Below, piece after piece: positions 27,541 through 36,783 of a stretch of 55,468 nt of DNA (position 1 is its first letter; every line of letters begins with the position of its first letter). This DNA comes from Candidatus Amesbacteria bacterium (GTDB lineage Bacteria > Patescibacteriota > Microgenomatia > CAZETR01 > Amesbacteraceae). The position numbers and the translations under genes were made by a program. A model generated the notes under the pieces. The model was not told the DNA's origin, did not search any database, and was given only the letters and a program-made list of their open reading frames with translations. Where the stretch lies: assembly GCA_027331445.1 (NCBI GenBank), contig DAHWUD010000004.1, positions 1 through 55,468 on the forward strand, read 5' to 3'.

Positions 27541-27672
27541 ATTTTATGAAATTTTCACCACTACTCTAGATTACAGGAGAGTTATACGAAAGTTCAACTA
27601 AACCGTCCTAAATTACATCAAATCAAAACTTCCGTAAAATAGGAGGTTTTTAAAAGAAAGAAGGTGAACCAC

Positions 27673-27852
27673 ATGCCAGAAAAACAAACTCACAGCCCGG
27701 AGCCTGATAAAAACACTAACCGGACCGCCGATGCCAAACAAGTTGTTGACACCGTGATCGCCATCATCGAGAAAGAACGCGCACGGCTGAAGAAATTGGC
27801 CGACGCCGGAAAGGATAGTTCAGTTCACGGTACAGCTCACCATTTCTGGTAA
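27673..27852 (+). CDS. Small hypothetical protein
   Basis: AAGGTGA RBS before ATG 27673. Confidence 0.5.
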   Translation: MPEKQTHSPEPDKNTNRTADAKQVVDTVIAIIEKERARLKKLADAGKDSSVHGTAHHFW

Positions 27853-27888
27853 AGTCTTTTTATAGTAAAATGTGAGCTAAGTGTAAAA

Positions 27889-27963
27889 GGGCACTTAGCT
27901 CAGGAGTAGAGCGTCTCATTGACATTGAGAAGGTCAGGGGTGCGAAACCCTTAGTGCCCACCA
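27889..27963 (+). tRNA. tRNA-Val (GAC), encoded CCA
   Basis: tctca-TTGACAT-tgaga anticodon arm; GGGCACT/AGTGCCC-A-CCA. Confidence 0.92.
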
Positions 27964-27970
27964 CCACCAT

Positions 27971-28543
27971 ATGATAGACGGTTTAACATTAGAGCTCGGC
28001 CATGGTAAAAGCGGAGTCCCGGAAAAAAGCAAAAAAGTCGCAACCGACCTTGATTTAAACTCTCTGGCCCAAAGCCCGGAAGATTTACGTGCTATAGTCG
28101 ATGCCACCAAAACCTTCCCTTATGCCGACAATACTTTTACCAACATCGTCTGCCGTCTTCCCATGAAAGACTTACTCTTGGTCCTGGGTCAACCCGAACA
28201 CCAAATTTGGTCAGAAATTCACCGGGTTCTAAAGCCCGGAGGAATGTTTGATATTTTGGCCGACACCTCTCCTACCGGCCGGCATGGCTACAAAAACGGC
28301 CAAGGTCAGGAAATCGAGATTGAGGATGCCCCTGATCTGATTCGCACCGCCCTGAAAGCCAATTGCGGTCCGGCCCGGCCCAAGCTCTTCAGTAATTTTA
28401 AATCATATCAGGTTCCCCGCGACTGGGTCGCAGTTAGATACCCCACGCCCTCCGTAGCCGCAGTTTTGAAAGACAGCCGGGCCAGGTTTTTCAGGATGAC
28501 GGCCACCAAATCCCGGGGCCTGGTTCACGAGGTAGAGCCATGA
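27971..28543 (+). CDS. SAM methyltransferase-fold protein
   Basis: LELGHG, FPYADNTF, EIHRVLKPGG. Confidence 0.7.
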   Translation: MIDGLTLELGHGKSGVPEKSKKVATDLDLNSLAQSPEDLRAIVDATKTFPYADNTFTNIVCRLPMKDLLLVLGQPEHQIWSEIHRVLKPGGMFDILADTSPTGRHGYKNGQGQEIEIEDAPDLIRTALKANCGPARPKLFSNFKSYQVPRDWVAVRYPTPSVAAVLKDSRARFFRMTATKSRGLVHEVEP

Positions 28544-29373
28544 ACCTGGGTGCCCACGTGTCTATAGCCGGAGGTCTTGATAAATGCCTGGATAGAATTG
28601 TGGCCTTGGGCGGCGACACGCTCATGACTTTTGCTTCCTCACCCCGCTCCCTGCGCACGCGCAGTTTCACTCCGGAAGAAATCAAAAATTATCTCGATAA
28701 GAAGGCCAAATACGGCATCGGCCCGCATTTTTTACACGGCGTCTACCTGGTCAATCTGGCCGCCGAAAGTAAAGCGTATCTGAAATCCAGCATCAACTCT
28801 CTCATCTTTTACCAGCAACTGGCCGGGGATATCGGCGCCGTCGGTACCATCTTTCATGTCGGCAGCCATAAAGGCCGGGGCTTCCCCCAAACCATGGACC
28901 AGATCATCGCCGCCATAAATTACATCCTCGACAGCACTCCCAAAGGCATCAAATTAATCCTGGAAAACGCCGCCGGCCAGGCCGGAACCATCGGCGCCGA
29001 TCTGGAAGAATTCTCTATTATCTTAAGCCGGGTAGGGGACAAGTCCAAAATCGGCTTTTGCCTGGACACTCAGCACGGGTTCGCGAGCGGCATATACTTG
29101 GACACCCTCCTGTCCAAGTTTGACCACGCCGTCGGTCTAAAGCACTTAACCGTCATCCATTTCAACGACTCTCTGACCGACTTTAACTCCCGCGTGGACC
29201 GCCACGCCAATCTGGGCGAAGGCACAATTGGCCTGGACCAGCTTCAAAAATTTGCCGCCGACCCCCGCCTTGCCCATCTGCCTTTTATTCTAGAAGTTCC
29301 CGGCACCGACCACGGCGGTCCCCGCAAACAGGACATTGATTTGCTCCGGTCCCTGGTAGTACAATCAGGATAA
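28540..29373 (+). CDS. nfo: Endonuclease IV
   Basis: GAHVSIAGG, H..YLVNLA, ILENAAGQG, CLDTQH, HFNDS, DRHANLGEG. Confidence 0.95.
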   Translation: MNLGAHVSIAGGLDKCLDRIVALGGDTLMTFASSPRSLRTRSFTPEEIKNYLDKKAKYGIGPHFLHGVYLVNLAAESKAYLKSSINSLIFYQQLAGDIGAVGTIFHVGSHKGRGFPQTMDQIIAAINYILDSTPKGIKLILENAAGQAGTIGADLEEFSIILSRVGDKSKIGFCLDTQHGFASGIYLDTLLSKFDHAVGLKHLTVIHFNDSLTDFNSRVDRHANLGEGTIGLDQLQKFAADPRLAHLPFILEVPGTDHGGPRKQDIDLLRSLVVQSG

Positions 29374-29378
29374 TTCAT

Positions 29379-29480
29379 TTGGCCGCAGACTTCACCAACC
29401 TGCATCAAGGCCAAGCCCTAAAATTAAGCCACCAGAGTAGTCAGATGGAACCCCGGGTCTGACGAAAGGGGGCATTTTTA
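29379..29480 (+). promoter_or_regulatory. Structured thrS leader (T-box-like candidate)
   Basis: Stem-loop with ACC in the loop, gtcaga-TGGAACC..tctgac element, T-rich end. Confidence 0.35.
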
Positions 29481-29489
29481 TTTCAAAAC

Positions 29490-31241
29490 ATGGACAACCA
29501 AAACTTGGACCATCTTAGACATTCTGCTGCCCATCTACTGGCGGCCGCTGTCACGGAGCTGTGGCCGGAGGCCAAACTAACTCTGGGACCACCGATTGAG
29601 GACGGCTTTTATTACGATATCGATTTTGGTGACGTCAAAATTTCCGAGGCCGATTTACCGGCCATCGAAACCAAAATGCACCAAATTGCCCCCGGTTGGA
29701 AAGGCTTCGCCTCCCAAGAGTTATCCCCGTCCGAGGCCCGGAAAAAATTTGCCGGGAATCCCTATAAATTGGAACTCGTTGAGGAAATCATTTCCAAAAA
29801 AGAACCTATTACTCTCTACACTTCCGGGAACTTCTCCGATCTCTGTCGCGGCGGCCACATCGACTTGGCCCAGGAACCCCTCAACCACTTCAAACTTTTA
29901 AGCGTCGCCGGAGCTTACTGGCGGGGGAGTGAGAAAAATCCCATGTTGACGCGTATTTACGGCACCGTCTGGCCCACCGAAAAAGAATTGGCTGATTATT
30001 TAGCCCGTCAGGAAGAAGCCAAAACCCGCGATCACCGTCTCATCGGCAAAAATCTCAATCTGTTTGTTTTCTCCGACGTTATCGGCAAAGGCCTGCCGCT
30101 TCTTACCCCCAAAGGCGCCACCATCCGCCGGGAACTGGAACGATATGTAGTTGACGAAGAACTTAAACATGGATACCAACCCGTCGTCACCCCACATCTT
30201 GCCAAAACCGACCTTTACAAAACTTCCGGCCACTTCCCGTACTACAAAGATACCATGTACCCGGTTATGAAAGTCGATGAAGAAGAACTCATTCTCCGCC
30301 CCATGACCTGTCCTCACCATTTCATGATCTTCAAATCCCAAACGAGAAGTTACAAAGAGTTACCCATAAAATATGCCGAATTAGCATCCCAATTTAGATA
30401 TGAAAAAAGTGGTGAATTAACGGGGCTAATGCGGGTTCGCACATTTACGTTAACCGACGCTCACATTTTCTGTTCTCCTGAACAGGCAAAATCCGTCATA
30501 TCAGACGTCCTGGATTTAATCCAGGACACCAACTCTGTTCTGGGTCTGAAAAAGGGCGAGGATTACCGATACCGCTTGTCCTTGGGGGACAGGGGAGACA
30601 GTAAAAAATATTACAAAGACGACGTGTCATGGGAGTTTGCCGAAAATGTTCTCCGCAAAATTTTAACAGATCGACACGAGCCGTTCTTTGAAGCCCAAAA
30701 TGAAGCGGCTTTTTACGGACCCAAGATAGACGTCCAGGTCAAAAAAGTAAACGGTCATGAAGAAACGGCTTTCACAGTCCAATACGATTTCGTCATGCCG
30801 TCACGCTTCGAACTTCACTACACAGGCGAAGACGGTCAACTCCACCGACCGATCGTGATTCATCATTCAGTAATTGGCGCTTTCGAGCGCACCATGGCCT
30901 TTCTGATCGAGAAGTTCGGAGGAGCCTTTCCCGCCTGGCTATCCCCGGTTCAGGTCATTGTTCTCCCGATTACCGAAAAACACTCGGAATATGCCGCAGA
31001 TGTTCTGTCCCAACTCAAATCCGCCGGCATCCGGGCCGAGTTGGATGACCGCAACCAGCCCTTAAGCGCCAGAATCCGCGACGCCGAGATGCAGAAAATT
31101 CCTTATATCCTGGCTGTCGGTGACAAAGAAATCGCCGGAAACAGCGTCAGCGTCAGAGAGCGAGGCCGGAAAGCCCAATCCGTCAAACCGGTATCCGAAT
31201 TCATCGCCGAAGTAAAGCATGTTATAATCAACAGAAGCTAG
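29490..31241 (+). CDS. thrS: Threonyl-tRNA synthetase
   Basis: HSAAHLLA, DLCRGGH, RPMTCPHH, FYGPKID, GAFPAWLSPVQ. Confidence 0.97.
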   Translation: MDNQNLDHLRHSAAHLLAAAVTELWPEAKLTLGPPIEDGFYYDIDFGDVKISEADLPAIETKMHQIAPGWKGFASQELSPSEARKKFAGNPYKLELVEEIISKKEPITLYTSGNFSDLCRGGHIDLAQEPLNHFKLLSVAGAYWRGSEKNPMLTRIYGTVWPTEKELADYLARQEEAKTRDHRLIGKNLNLFVFSDVIGKGLPLLTPKGATIRRELERYVVDEELKHGYQPVVTPHLAKTDLYKTSGHFPYYKDTMYPVMKVDEEELILRPMTCPHHFMIFKSQTRSYKELPIKYAELASQFRYEKSGELTGLMRVRTFTLTDAHIFCSPEQAKSVISDVLDLIQDTNSVLGLKKGEDYRYRLSLGDRGDSKKYYKDDVSWEFAENVLRKILTDRHEPFFEAQNEAAFYGPKIDVQVKKVNGHEETAFTVQYDFVMPSRFELHYTGEDGQLHRPIVIHHSVIGAFERTMAFLIEKFGGAFPAWLSPVQVIVLPITEKHSEYAADVLSQLKSAGIRAELDDRNQPLSARIRDAEMQKIPYILAVGDKEIAGNSVSVRERGRKAQSVKPVSEFIAEVKHVIINRS

Positions 31242-31759
31242 TGAATACACCTTTTTTCAGGATTAACTACCAAATCCAAAGTAAAGAAGTCAGACTTTTA
31301 CGGGCGGATGGCACACAGATCGGGGTTGTCACCCGGGAAGACGCTTTAGCCCAGGCGCACGCCGCAGCTACCGACCTGGTCGAGATTGCCCCCAACGCCA
31401 AACCCCCCGTCGCCAAGCTCATAGACTACAAAAAATTCAAATATCAGCTGGCCAAAAAAGAGCAGGCCGCCAAGGCCTCCGCCAAAAAAGTCGATCTCAA
31501 GGAAATCCGGCTGACTCCTTTCATGGCCGAGAATGACTTCCAGGTCAAACTCAATCGCGGCCGGGAGTTTTTGGGCGAAGGTCACAAAGTCCGCCTCAAT
31601 GTCCGCTTCGTCGGCCGCCAGCTCGGCCACAAGGAATTCGGCGATCAGATGATGCAAAAAGCTTTTGCCGCCTTGGCTGACATCGCCTCCGTGGACCAGC
31701 ACCCCAAATGGGTCGGCCGCCAGTACCTGGCCACCCTCACTCCTAGTAAAAAGACCTGA
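31241..31759 (+). CDS. infC: Translation initiation factor IF-3
   Basis: DLVEIAPNAKPPVAKLIDY, KEIRL. Confidence 0.95.
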   Translation: MNTPFFRINYQIQSKEVRLLRADGTQIGVVTREDALAQAHAAATDLVEIAPNAKPPVAKLIDYKKFKYQLAKKEQAAKASAKKVDLKEIRLTPFMAENDFQVKLNRGREFLGEGHKVRLNVRFVGRQLGHKEFGDQMMQKAFAALADIASVDQHPKWVGRQYLATLTPSKKT

Positions 31760-31782
31760 TCTCCGGTATAATAACTCCCGTC

Positions 31783-31977
31783 ATGAAAGCCAAATCCAGA
31801 AAGTCGATTTCCCGTCGTTTCAAGGTTACGGGAAGCGGTAAAATCACCCGCCGCGTGGCTTTCGGCCGCCATTTGCGCCGCAACAAGTCCCGCACCCAAA
31901 CCCGGAAATATAAAAAATCCGTCTTAGTCACCGGTAAAATCGCCCGCCGGGTTAAACGCCTCATGGCGATTGCCTAA
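31783..31977 (+). CDS. rpmI: 50S ribosomal protein L35
   Basis: K....RRFKVTGSGK; position between infC and rplT. Confidence 0.93.
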   Translation: MKAKSRKSISRRFKVTGSGKITRRVAFGRHLRRNKSRTQTRKYKKSVLVTGKIARRVKRLMAIA

Positions 31978-31982
31978 ATCAT

Positions 31983-32330
31983 ATGCGCGTCAAATCTCCC
32001 CGTCGTCAGCGTCACAATCAAGTTTTGGCTTTGGCCAAAGGTTACCGCATGTCCCGTCATCGCTGGTACCGGGTGGCCCACGAAGCCGTCATCCATGCCG
32101 GCCAGTACGCCTTCGCCGGACGGAAAATCCGCCGCCGCGACCTGCGCCTTCTCTGGATCTCCCGCATCAACGCCGCCCTCAAAAACCAGGGCGTCCGTTA
32201 CAGCAACTTTATTGCCGCCGCCAAAACCAAATCCATCCAACTGGACCGCAAGATCCTCTCAGACCTCGCCACCAACCAACCCAACGTCTTTGATAAAGTG
32301 GTCAAAGCCGCTGGTTTTAATTCCAAGTAG
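31983..32330 (+). CDS. rplT: 50S ribosomal protein L20
   Basis: MRVK, LAKGY, R.LWISRINAA, LDRKILSDLA. Confidence 0.96.
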   Translation: MRVKSPRRQRHNQVLALAKGYRMSRHRWYRVAHEAVIHAGQYAFAGRKIRRRDLRLLWISRINAALKNQGVRYSNFIAAAKTKSIQLDRKILSDLATNQPNVFDKVVKAAGFNSK

Positions 32331-32358
32331 GTCTGCACGCCGTCCTGGTGTGTGGGTC

Positions 32359-32393
32359 TACTCCTTATTCTCCCCGAAAGGGGAGTTTTTTTA
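32359..32393 (+). terminator. Terminator after rplT
   Basis: ctcccc-gaaa-ggggag followed by T7. Confidence 0.75.
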
Positions 32394-32415
32394 TGTTTGA
32401 GAGAAGGTGAAAAAT

Positions 32416-32688
32416 ATGACCGTAGAAAACAAAATCATTTCCGCGCAGGCAGAGGCTTACAACCTGGGTTGGCTTTATGCCGACAAGGGCATCGTATTAC
32501 ATCTCCTTGAGAGACATCTGCACGAGCTAAAAGCCCAGGGAGCCTCGTTGTCAGATCCTGATCGCAAAGAGCTGGTTAAGGCTATCAAAACTGTGAAACA
32601 CGATAGGTACCAACTCCCTCAGCATGAATCACCTCAACCCAAACTCGATCAAGGATACGGAGAACCTTGGCATGGGAACCCAATTTAA
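32416..32688 (+). CDS. Hypothetical protein
   Basis: AAGGTGA RBS; followed by a long hairpin at 32688-32739. Confidence 0.55.
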   Translation: MTVENKIISAQAEAYNLGWLYADKGIVLHLLERHLHELKAQGASLSDPDRKELVKAIKTVKHDRYQLPQHESPQPKLDQGYGEPWHGNPI

Positions 32689-32765
32689 GGGTTTATCGTC
32701 CCGATTACTAAAAAAATGGTAATCGGGATCATTAAGCCCTAAACTTATGTATAATTAAGAAAATT

Positions 32766-34574
32766 ATGCAGACCAAACCTCTTTATCTTGACAATTCTTA
32801 TCAAAAAACCTGCAGTGCCAAAATATTGGACGTCCAGTCTGACGGGAAAAATAAAGTCATAATCTTAGATCAGACCATTTTTTACCCCGAAGGGGGAGGC
32901 CAGCCTTCTGATCAGGGTGTTATCAAAAATTCGTCCGGAACTCTAAAAGTTGAACAGGTTTTACTGAAAGATCAAAACATTGTTCACATTGGCAAACTGG
33001 AAGGCAAACTTGAACCAGATCAGGAGGTTAAATGTGAAATCGACTGGGACAGAAGATACAAAAATATGCAAGTGCATAGCGCCGGACACGTAATTCATGA
33101 AGCTGTAAAATATTTACTCCCTGACAGCTTCCCAGTTGAAGCCAAACATGGCAAAAATGCTTATCTTAAATATCAGGGCCAAATCGAAAAGACCCTGGAA
33201 CACCGTATTCTTGAAAAAGCCAATGCTATTATTCACGCCAAACTTCCCATTTTTACCGAATTTGTCAGTCTGGAAGAACTAAAAAAAAGATCTCCCTGGG
33301 TTCCTCCCCATCTACCCACCAATAAACCACTTCGAATAATGTGGATAGCGAATTTTCCCCCCATTCCAGACGGCGGGACTCAACTAAAAAACACAGAGGA
33401 AATTCCCGGCATCTCCGAGGTTAATATTTCTCATGAAGCAGAAGACACCCTGGTTAATTACAAAATTAACTCCTCAACAAATAAGGAAAAACCGGTATTT
33501 TCATACTCGATTCAAACCAAATTTGACCACACAGTTTTACAAAATCTTAAAAACGAAGCTCTGGCCATGATTATGGGTGCTTCTGACGCAGGAGAATTAG
33601 AACGTCTGCGTATCCAGTATCTGGGTAAATCCGGACAGCTGGCCGAAGTTGCCAAACAGCTAAAAAATCTTGATCCCGCCCAAAAAGCTGAGATTGGTGT
33701 GCTGTTCAATGACGTAAAAACGGCGATTACCGACGCGCTGGGGCCGAGTTTAAAAATTAAAAACCTGACTGCCGGCAGACACGATTTAACCCCAAAAATT
33801 TTAAAGCCTGATCCGACTCTTCCCGGCATCCCCCGGCCCCTCGGACATCTGCACCCGGTCACCCAGGCCATCACCGAAATTTCCGACATTTTCGCCAAAA
33901 TCGGTTTTACCCGCGTTCGCTATCCGGAAGTGGAATGGGACTGGTATGCCTTCGGCGCCCTGAACTTTCCGGAGGGCCACCCCGCCCGCGATGACTGGGA
34001 AACTTTCTTTGTCGACGCCCCGGCCGACCCCAAACTGGGAAAAATGCTTTTGACTCCGCACACCAGCAGCGGCCAGATCCGGGAAATGGAAACCACCCGC
34101 ACCCCTCCGATCCGCATGGTCAACATCGCCAAATGTTACCGCCGCCAGTCAGACGTCTCCCATACCGTCATGTTTCACCAGTTTGAGGGCCTGGTTATCG
34201 ACAAAGGCATCAATATCACCAACCTCAGAGGCACCATCGAATACTTCGTCAAAAGTTTCTTCGGTCCCGACCGCACCTCCCGCCTGCGGCCGTATCATTT
34301 TCAATTCACCGAACCGTCATTTGAAGTCGATATCAGCTGCGGTATTTGCAACGGCCGCGGCTGCAAGCTCTGCAAAGAGGGCTGGCTGGAACTGGGCGGC
34401 TCCGGCCTAGTTCATCCCGCCGTCCTGACCGCCGGCGGAATTGATCCTGCCGTTTATTCCGGTTTTGCCTTCGGTTGGGGAGTCGAGCGCTGTTACATGA
34501 TGAAATCCGGCACCAAAATTGACGATATGCGCCTGTTATATGACAACGATATCCGCTTCCTAAATCAGTTCTGA
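32766..34574 (+). CDS. pheS: Phenylalanyl-tRNA synthetase alpha with N-terminal AlaX editing domain
   Basis: First ~235 aa: LYL...LDQTIFYPEGGGQPSDQG...HSAGH...DGGTQ; then GHLHP, HPARD, HTSSGQ, FHQFEG, FQFTEPS, GFAFGWGVER. Confidence 0.93.
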   Translation: MQTKPLYLDNSYQKTCSAKILDVQSDGKNKVIILDQTIFYPEGGGQPSDQGVIKNSSGTLKVEQVLLKDQNIVHIGKLEGKLEPDQEVKCEIDWDRRYKNMQVHSAGHVIHEAVKYLLPDSFPVEAKHGKNAYLKYQGQIEKTLEHRILEKANAIIHAKLPIFTEFVSLEELKKRSPWVPPHLPTNKPLRIMWIANFPPIPDGGTQLKNTEEIPGISEVNISHEAEDTLVNYKINSSTNKEKPVFSYSIQTKFDHTVLQNLKNEALAMIMGASDAGELERLRIQYLGKSGQLAEVAKQLKNLDPAQKAEIGVLFNDVKTAITDALGPSLKIKNLTAGRHDLTPKILKPDPTLPGIPRPLGHLHPVTQAITEISDIFAKIGFTRVRYPEVEWDWYAFGALNFPEGHPARDDWETFFVDAPADPKLGKMLLTPHTSSGQIREMETTRTPPIRMVNIAKCYRRQSDVSHTVMFHQFEGLVIDKGINITNLRGTIEYFVKSFFGPDRTSRLRPYHFQFTEPSFEVDISCGICNGRGCKLCKEGWLELGGSGLVHPAVLTAGGIDPAVYSGFAFGWGVERCYMMKSGTKIDDMRLLYDNDIRFLNQF

Positions 34575-34628
34575 TTGTTCCCCCTCTTGGATTAAGAGGG
34601 GGCTAGGGAGCGTAACCTATAAATAACT

Positions 34629-36467
34629 ATGAATATTCTCATTCCCGATTCCTGGCTGCGTGAGTATTTGGACACCGATGCCACCCCCCAGCAAATCCAG
34701 GAAGACCTGTCTCTTTGCGGTCCGTCAGTCGAAAGGCTGATCTCCGCCGGCTCCGATTTTATCTATGACATCGAAGTCACCACCAACCGCGTCGACTGCA
34801 TGTCCATCCTGGGCATCGCCCGCGAAGCCGCCGCCATCCTGCCGGAATTCGGCCATCCCGCCAAACTTATTTCCGACCCGCTGTCGACCCCACCCAAATT
34901 GGCCACCGTCACCCAAGTCGATTATTTATCCGTAAAGCTCGATCCCTACCTTTGTCCCCGCTTCAGCGCCGTTCTCATCCGCGGCGTGACCGTCAAGCCC
35001 TCGCCGCCGGATCTGGCCGCTAAGTTAACCAAAGCCGGCCTGCGCCCCATCAATAACCTCATCGACGTCACCAATTTACTGATGCACGAATTAGGCCAAC
35101 CTCTCCATGTTTTTGATTACGACAAAATTTCCGGCCGGCAAATGGTCTTACGGGCCAGTCGTCCCGGGGAAACCCTCACTACCCTGGACCACAAAACCCA
35201 TACTCTTCCCGGCGGCGATATTGTGATTGCGGATGGCTCGGGCGAACTGATTGACCTATGCGGCATCATGGGCGGCCTCAACTCCTCCGTCACCGATACC
35301 ACCCGAAATGTCCTGCTCTTCGTTCAAACTTACGCCAAAAACCCCATCCGCGCCACTTCCATGGCTCTGGGTCACCGCACCGCCGCCGCCGTGTTGTTCG
35401 AGAAAGGTCTCCCTACCGAGCAGGTGCTGCCGGTACTGAAAATTGCCTCCCGTCTGATTACCAGACTGGCCGGCGGCAAAATCGCGGCGTCTGTCCTCGA
35501 TCGCCTCTTTGCCCCCGAAACTCCGGCAACACTTACGCTAACCACCCCGCTTCACACTCTGGCTTCCCGGCTGATGGGCGTCCCGGTCAATTCATCACAG
35601 ACGGCGGACATTCTCAAACGCCTCAACTTTCATCTCTCCTCCCAAACTTCGGTCCGTATTCCCTTCTATCGCAAATTCGACATCACCATCCCCGAAGACC
35701 TGGTCGAAGAAATCGCCCGTCTCGTGGGCTACCACAATCTGCCTCCCGTGCTCATGGCCGGCGAGCTGCCTTCGCCCCGTCCGGACCGCACCTTTTATTG
35801 GGAAAACCGGATCAAAACCGCCCTTAAATATTTTGGTTTTACCGAAGTTTATTCTTATTCCCTGATCCCGGACGGCCCCGGTCTCCGGCTCAAAAATCCG
35901 CTTTCGGAAGAATGGGTCTGTCTGCGGACGGAACTCAATTCCTCCCATCACCGCCTCCTATACCAAAATTCCGGCCGGGCGGACGTTTTAAATTTCTTTG
36001 AAATCGCCCACGTTTACCTACCCCGACCGGGTCGCTTGCCCGAGGAACAAATGCGGCTGATTGTCTCCACCAATAACTCCGACTACTCTTTTATTAAAGG
36101 CGTCTGCGAAACCCTGCTTCTGGATCTAGGCATTACCAATTTTCCGCCCGCCATTCAGTCTCTGCCGGACATGTTGTACTGGGAAATTCCCACCTCCGAA
36201 ATTCTCTCCCGGGCCACCGACAAAAAAACTTACCGTCCCATTTCCAAATTTACGCCCATCATAGAGGACATCAATCTTCCTCATACCGGTAAATATTCCG
36301 ATTTGATTAATAAAATTAAATCCGTCAGCCCGCTTATTTCCACAGTCAGCCTCGTCGACAACTACCAAAACAAACTTACCCTCCGCCTGACCTTCCATTC
36401 TCCCGACCGCCAACTCAGCAACGCCGATGTCGCCCCCTTGCGCTCCAAACTCCAGTCTATTTCTTAA
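34629..36467 (+). CDS. pheT: Phenylalanyl-tRNA synthetase beta (compact, lacking B2)
   Basis: SWLREY, TNRVDCMSILGIARE, INNLIDVTN, GQPLHVFD, DLVEEIARLVGY. Confidence 0.93.
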   Translation: MNILIPDSWLREYLDTDATPQQIQEDLSLCGPSVERLISAGSDFIYDIEVTTNRVDCMSILGIAREAAAILPEFGHPAKLISDPLSTPPKLATVTQVDYLSVKLDPYLCPRFSAVLIRGVTVKPSPPDLAAKLTKAGLRPINNLIDVTNLLMHELGQPLHVFDYDKISGRQMVLRASRPGETLTTLDHKTHTLPGGDIVIADGSGELIDLCGIMGGLNSSVTDTTRNVLLFVQTYAKNPIRATSMALGHRTAAAVLFEKGLPTEQVLPVLKIASRLITRLAGGKIAASVLDRLFAPETPATLTLTTPLHTLASRLMGVPVNSSQTADILKRLNFHLSSQTSVRIPFYRKFDITIPEDLVEEIARLVGYHNLPPVLMAGELPSPRPDRTFYWENRIKTALKYFGFTEVYSYSLIPDGPGLRLKNPLSEEWVCLRTELNSSHHRLLYQNSGRADVLNFFEIAHVYLPRPGRLPEEQMRLIVSTNNSDYSFIKGVCETLLLDLGITNFPPAIQSLPDMLYWEIPTSEILSRATDKKTYRPISKFTPIIEDINLPHTGKYSDLINKIKSVSPLISTVSLVDNYQNKLTLRLTFHSPDRQLSNADVAPLRSKLQSIS

Positions 36468-36783
36468 TTCCCTTCGGAAAACTGTCAAACATCCTGTCAA
36501 TAAATAACAAAGCTGGCGCCAAAACTTCTGCTTCCCCCCGATGAATTGTCTGAAATTTATCCCTGGCATCACAAAACTCTACTGTATCAGTGTTACGGAA
36601 AAAATGGTTCCTGATTGCCCACCATTCACCCAGGACTCTTTCTTCATTTGCCTCCAACTCGTTTTTCTGCAGCACCCGCCTGCGCACTGTTATCAGGGCC
36701 ACGTCCACATCATTCACGAACGCTTCCGCTACTCTCTCCTGGTAGGTTGGTCTTCTTATGGAACGAGACATCCTAACCCCCAT
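36457..36783 (-). CDS. Hypothetical protein
   Basis: 108-aa ORF overlapping the PBP stop. Confidence 0.5.
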   Translation of the reverse strand: MGVRMSRSIRRPTYQERVAEAFVNDVDVALITVRRRVLQKNELEANEERVLGEWWAIRNHFFRNTDTVEFCDARDKFQTIHRGEAEVLAPALLFIDRMFDSFPKGIKK

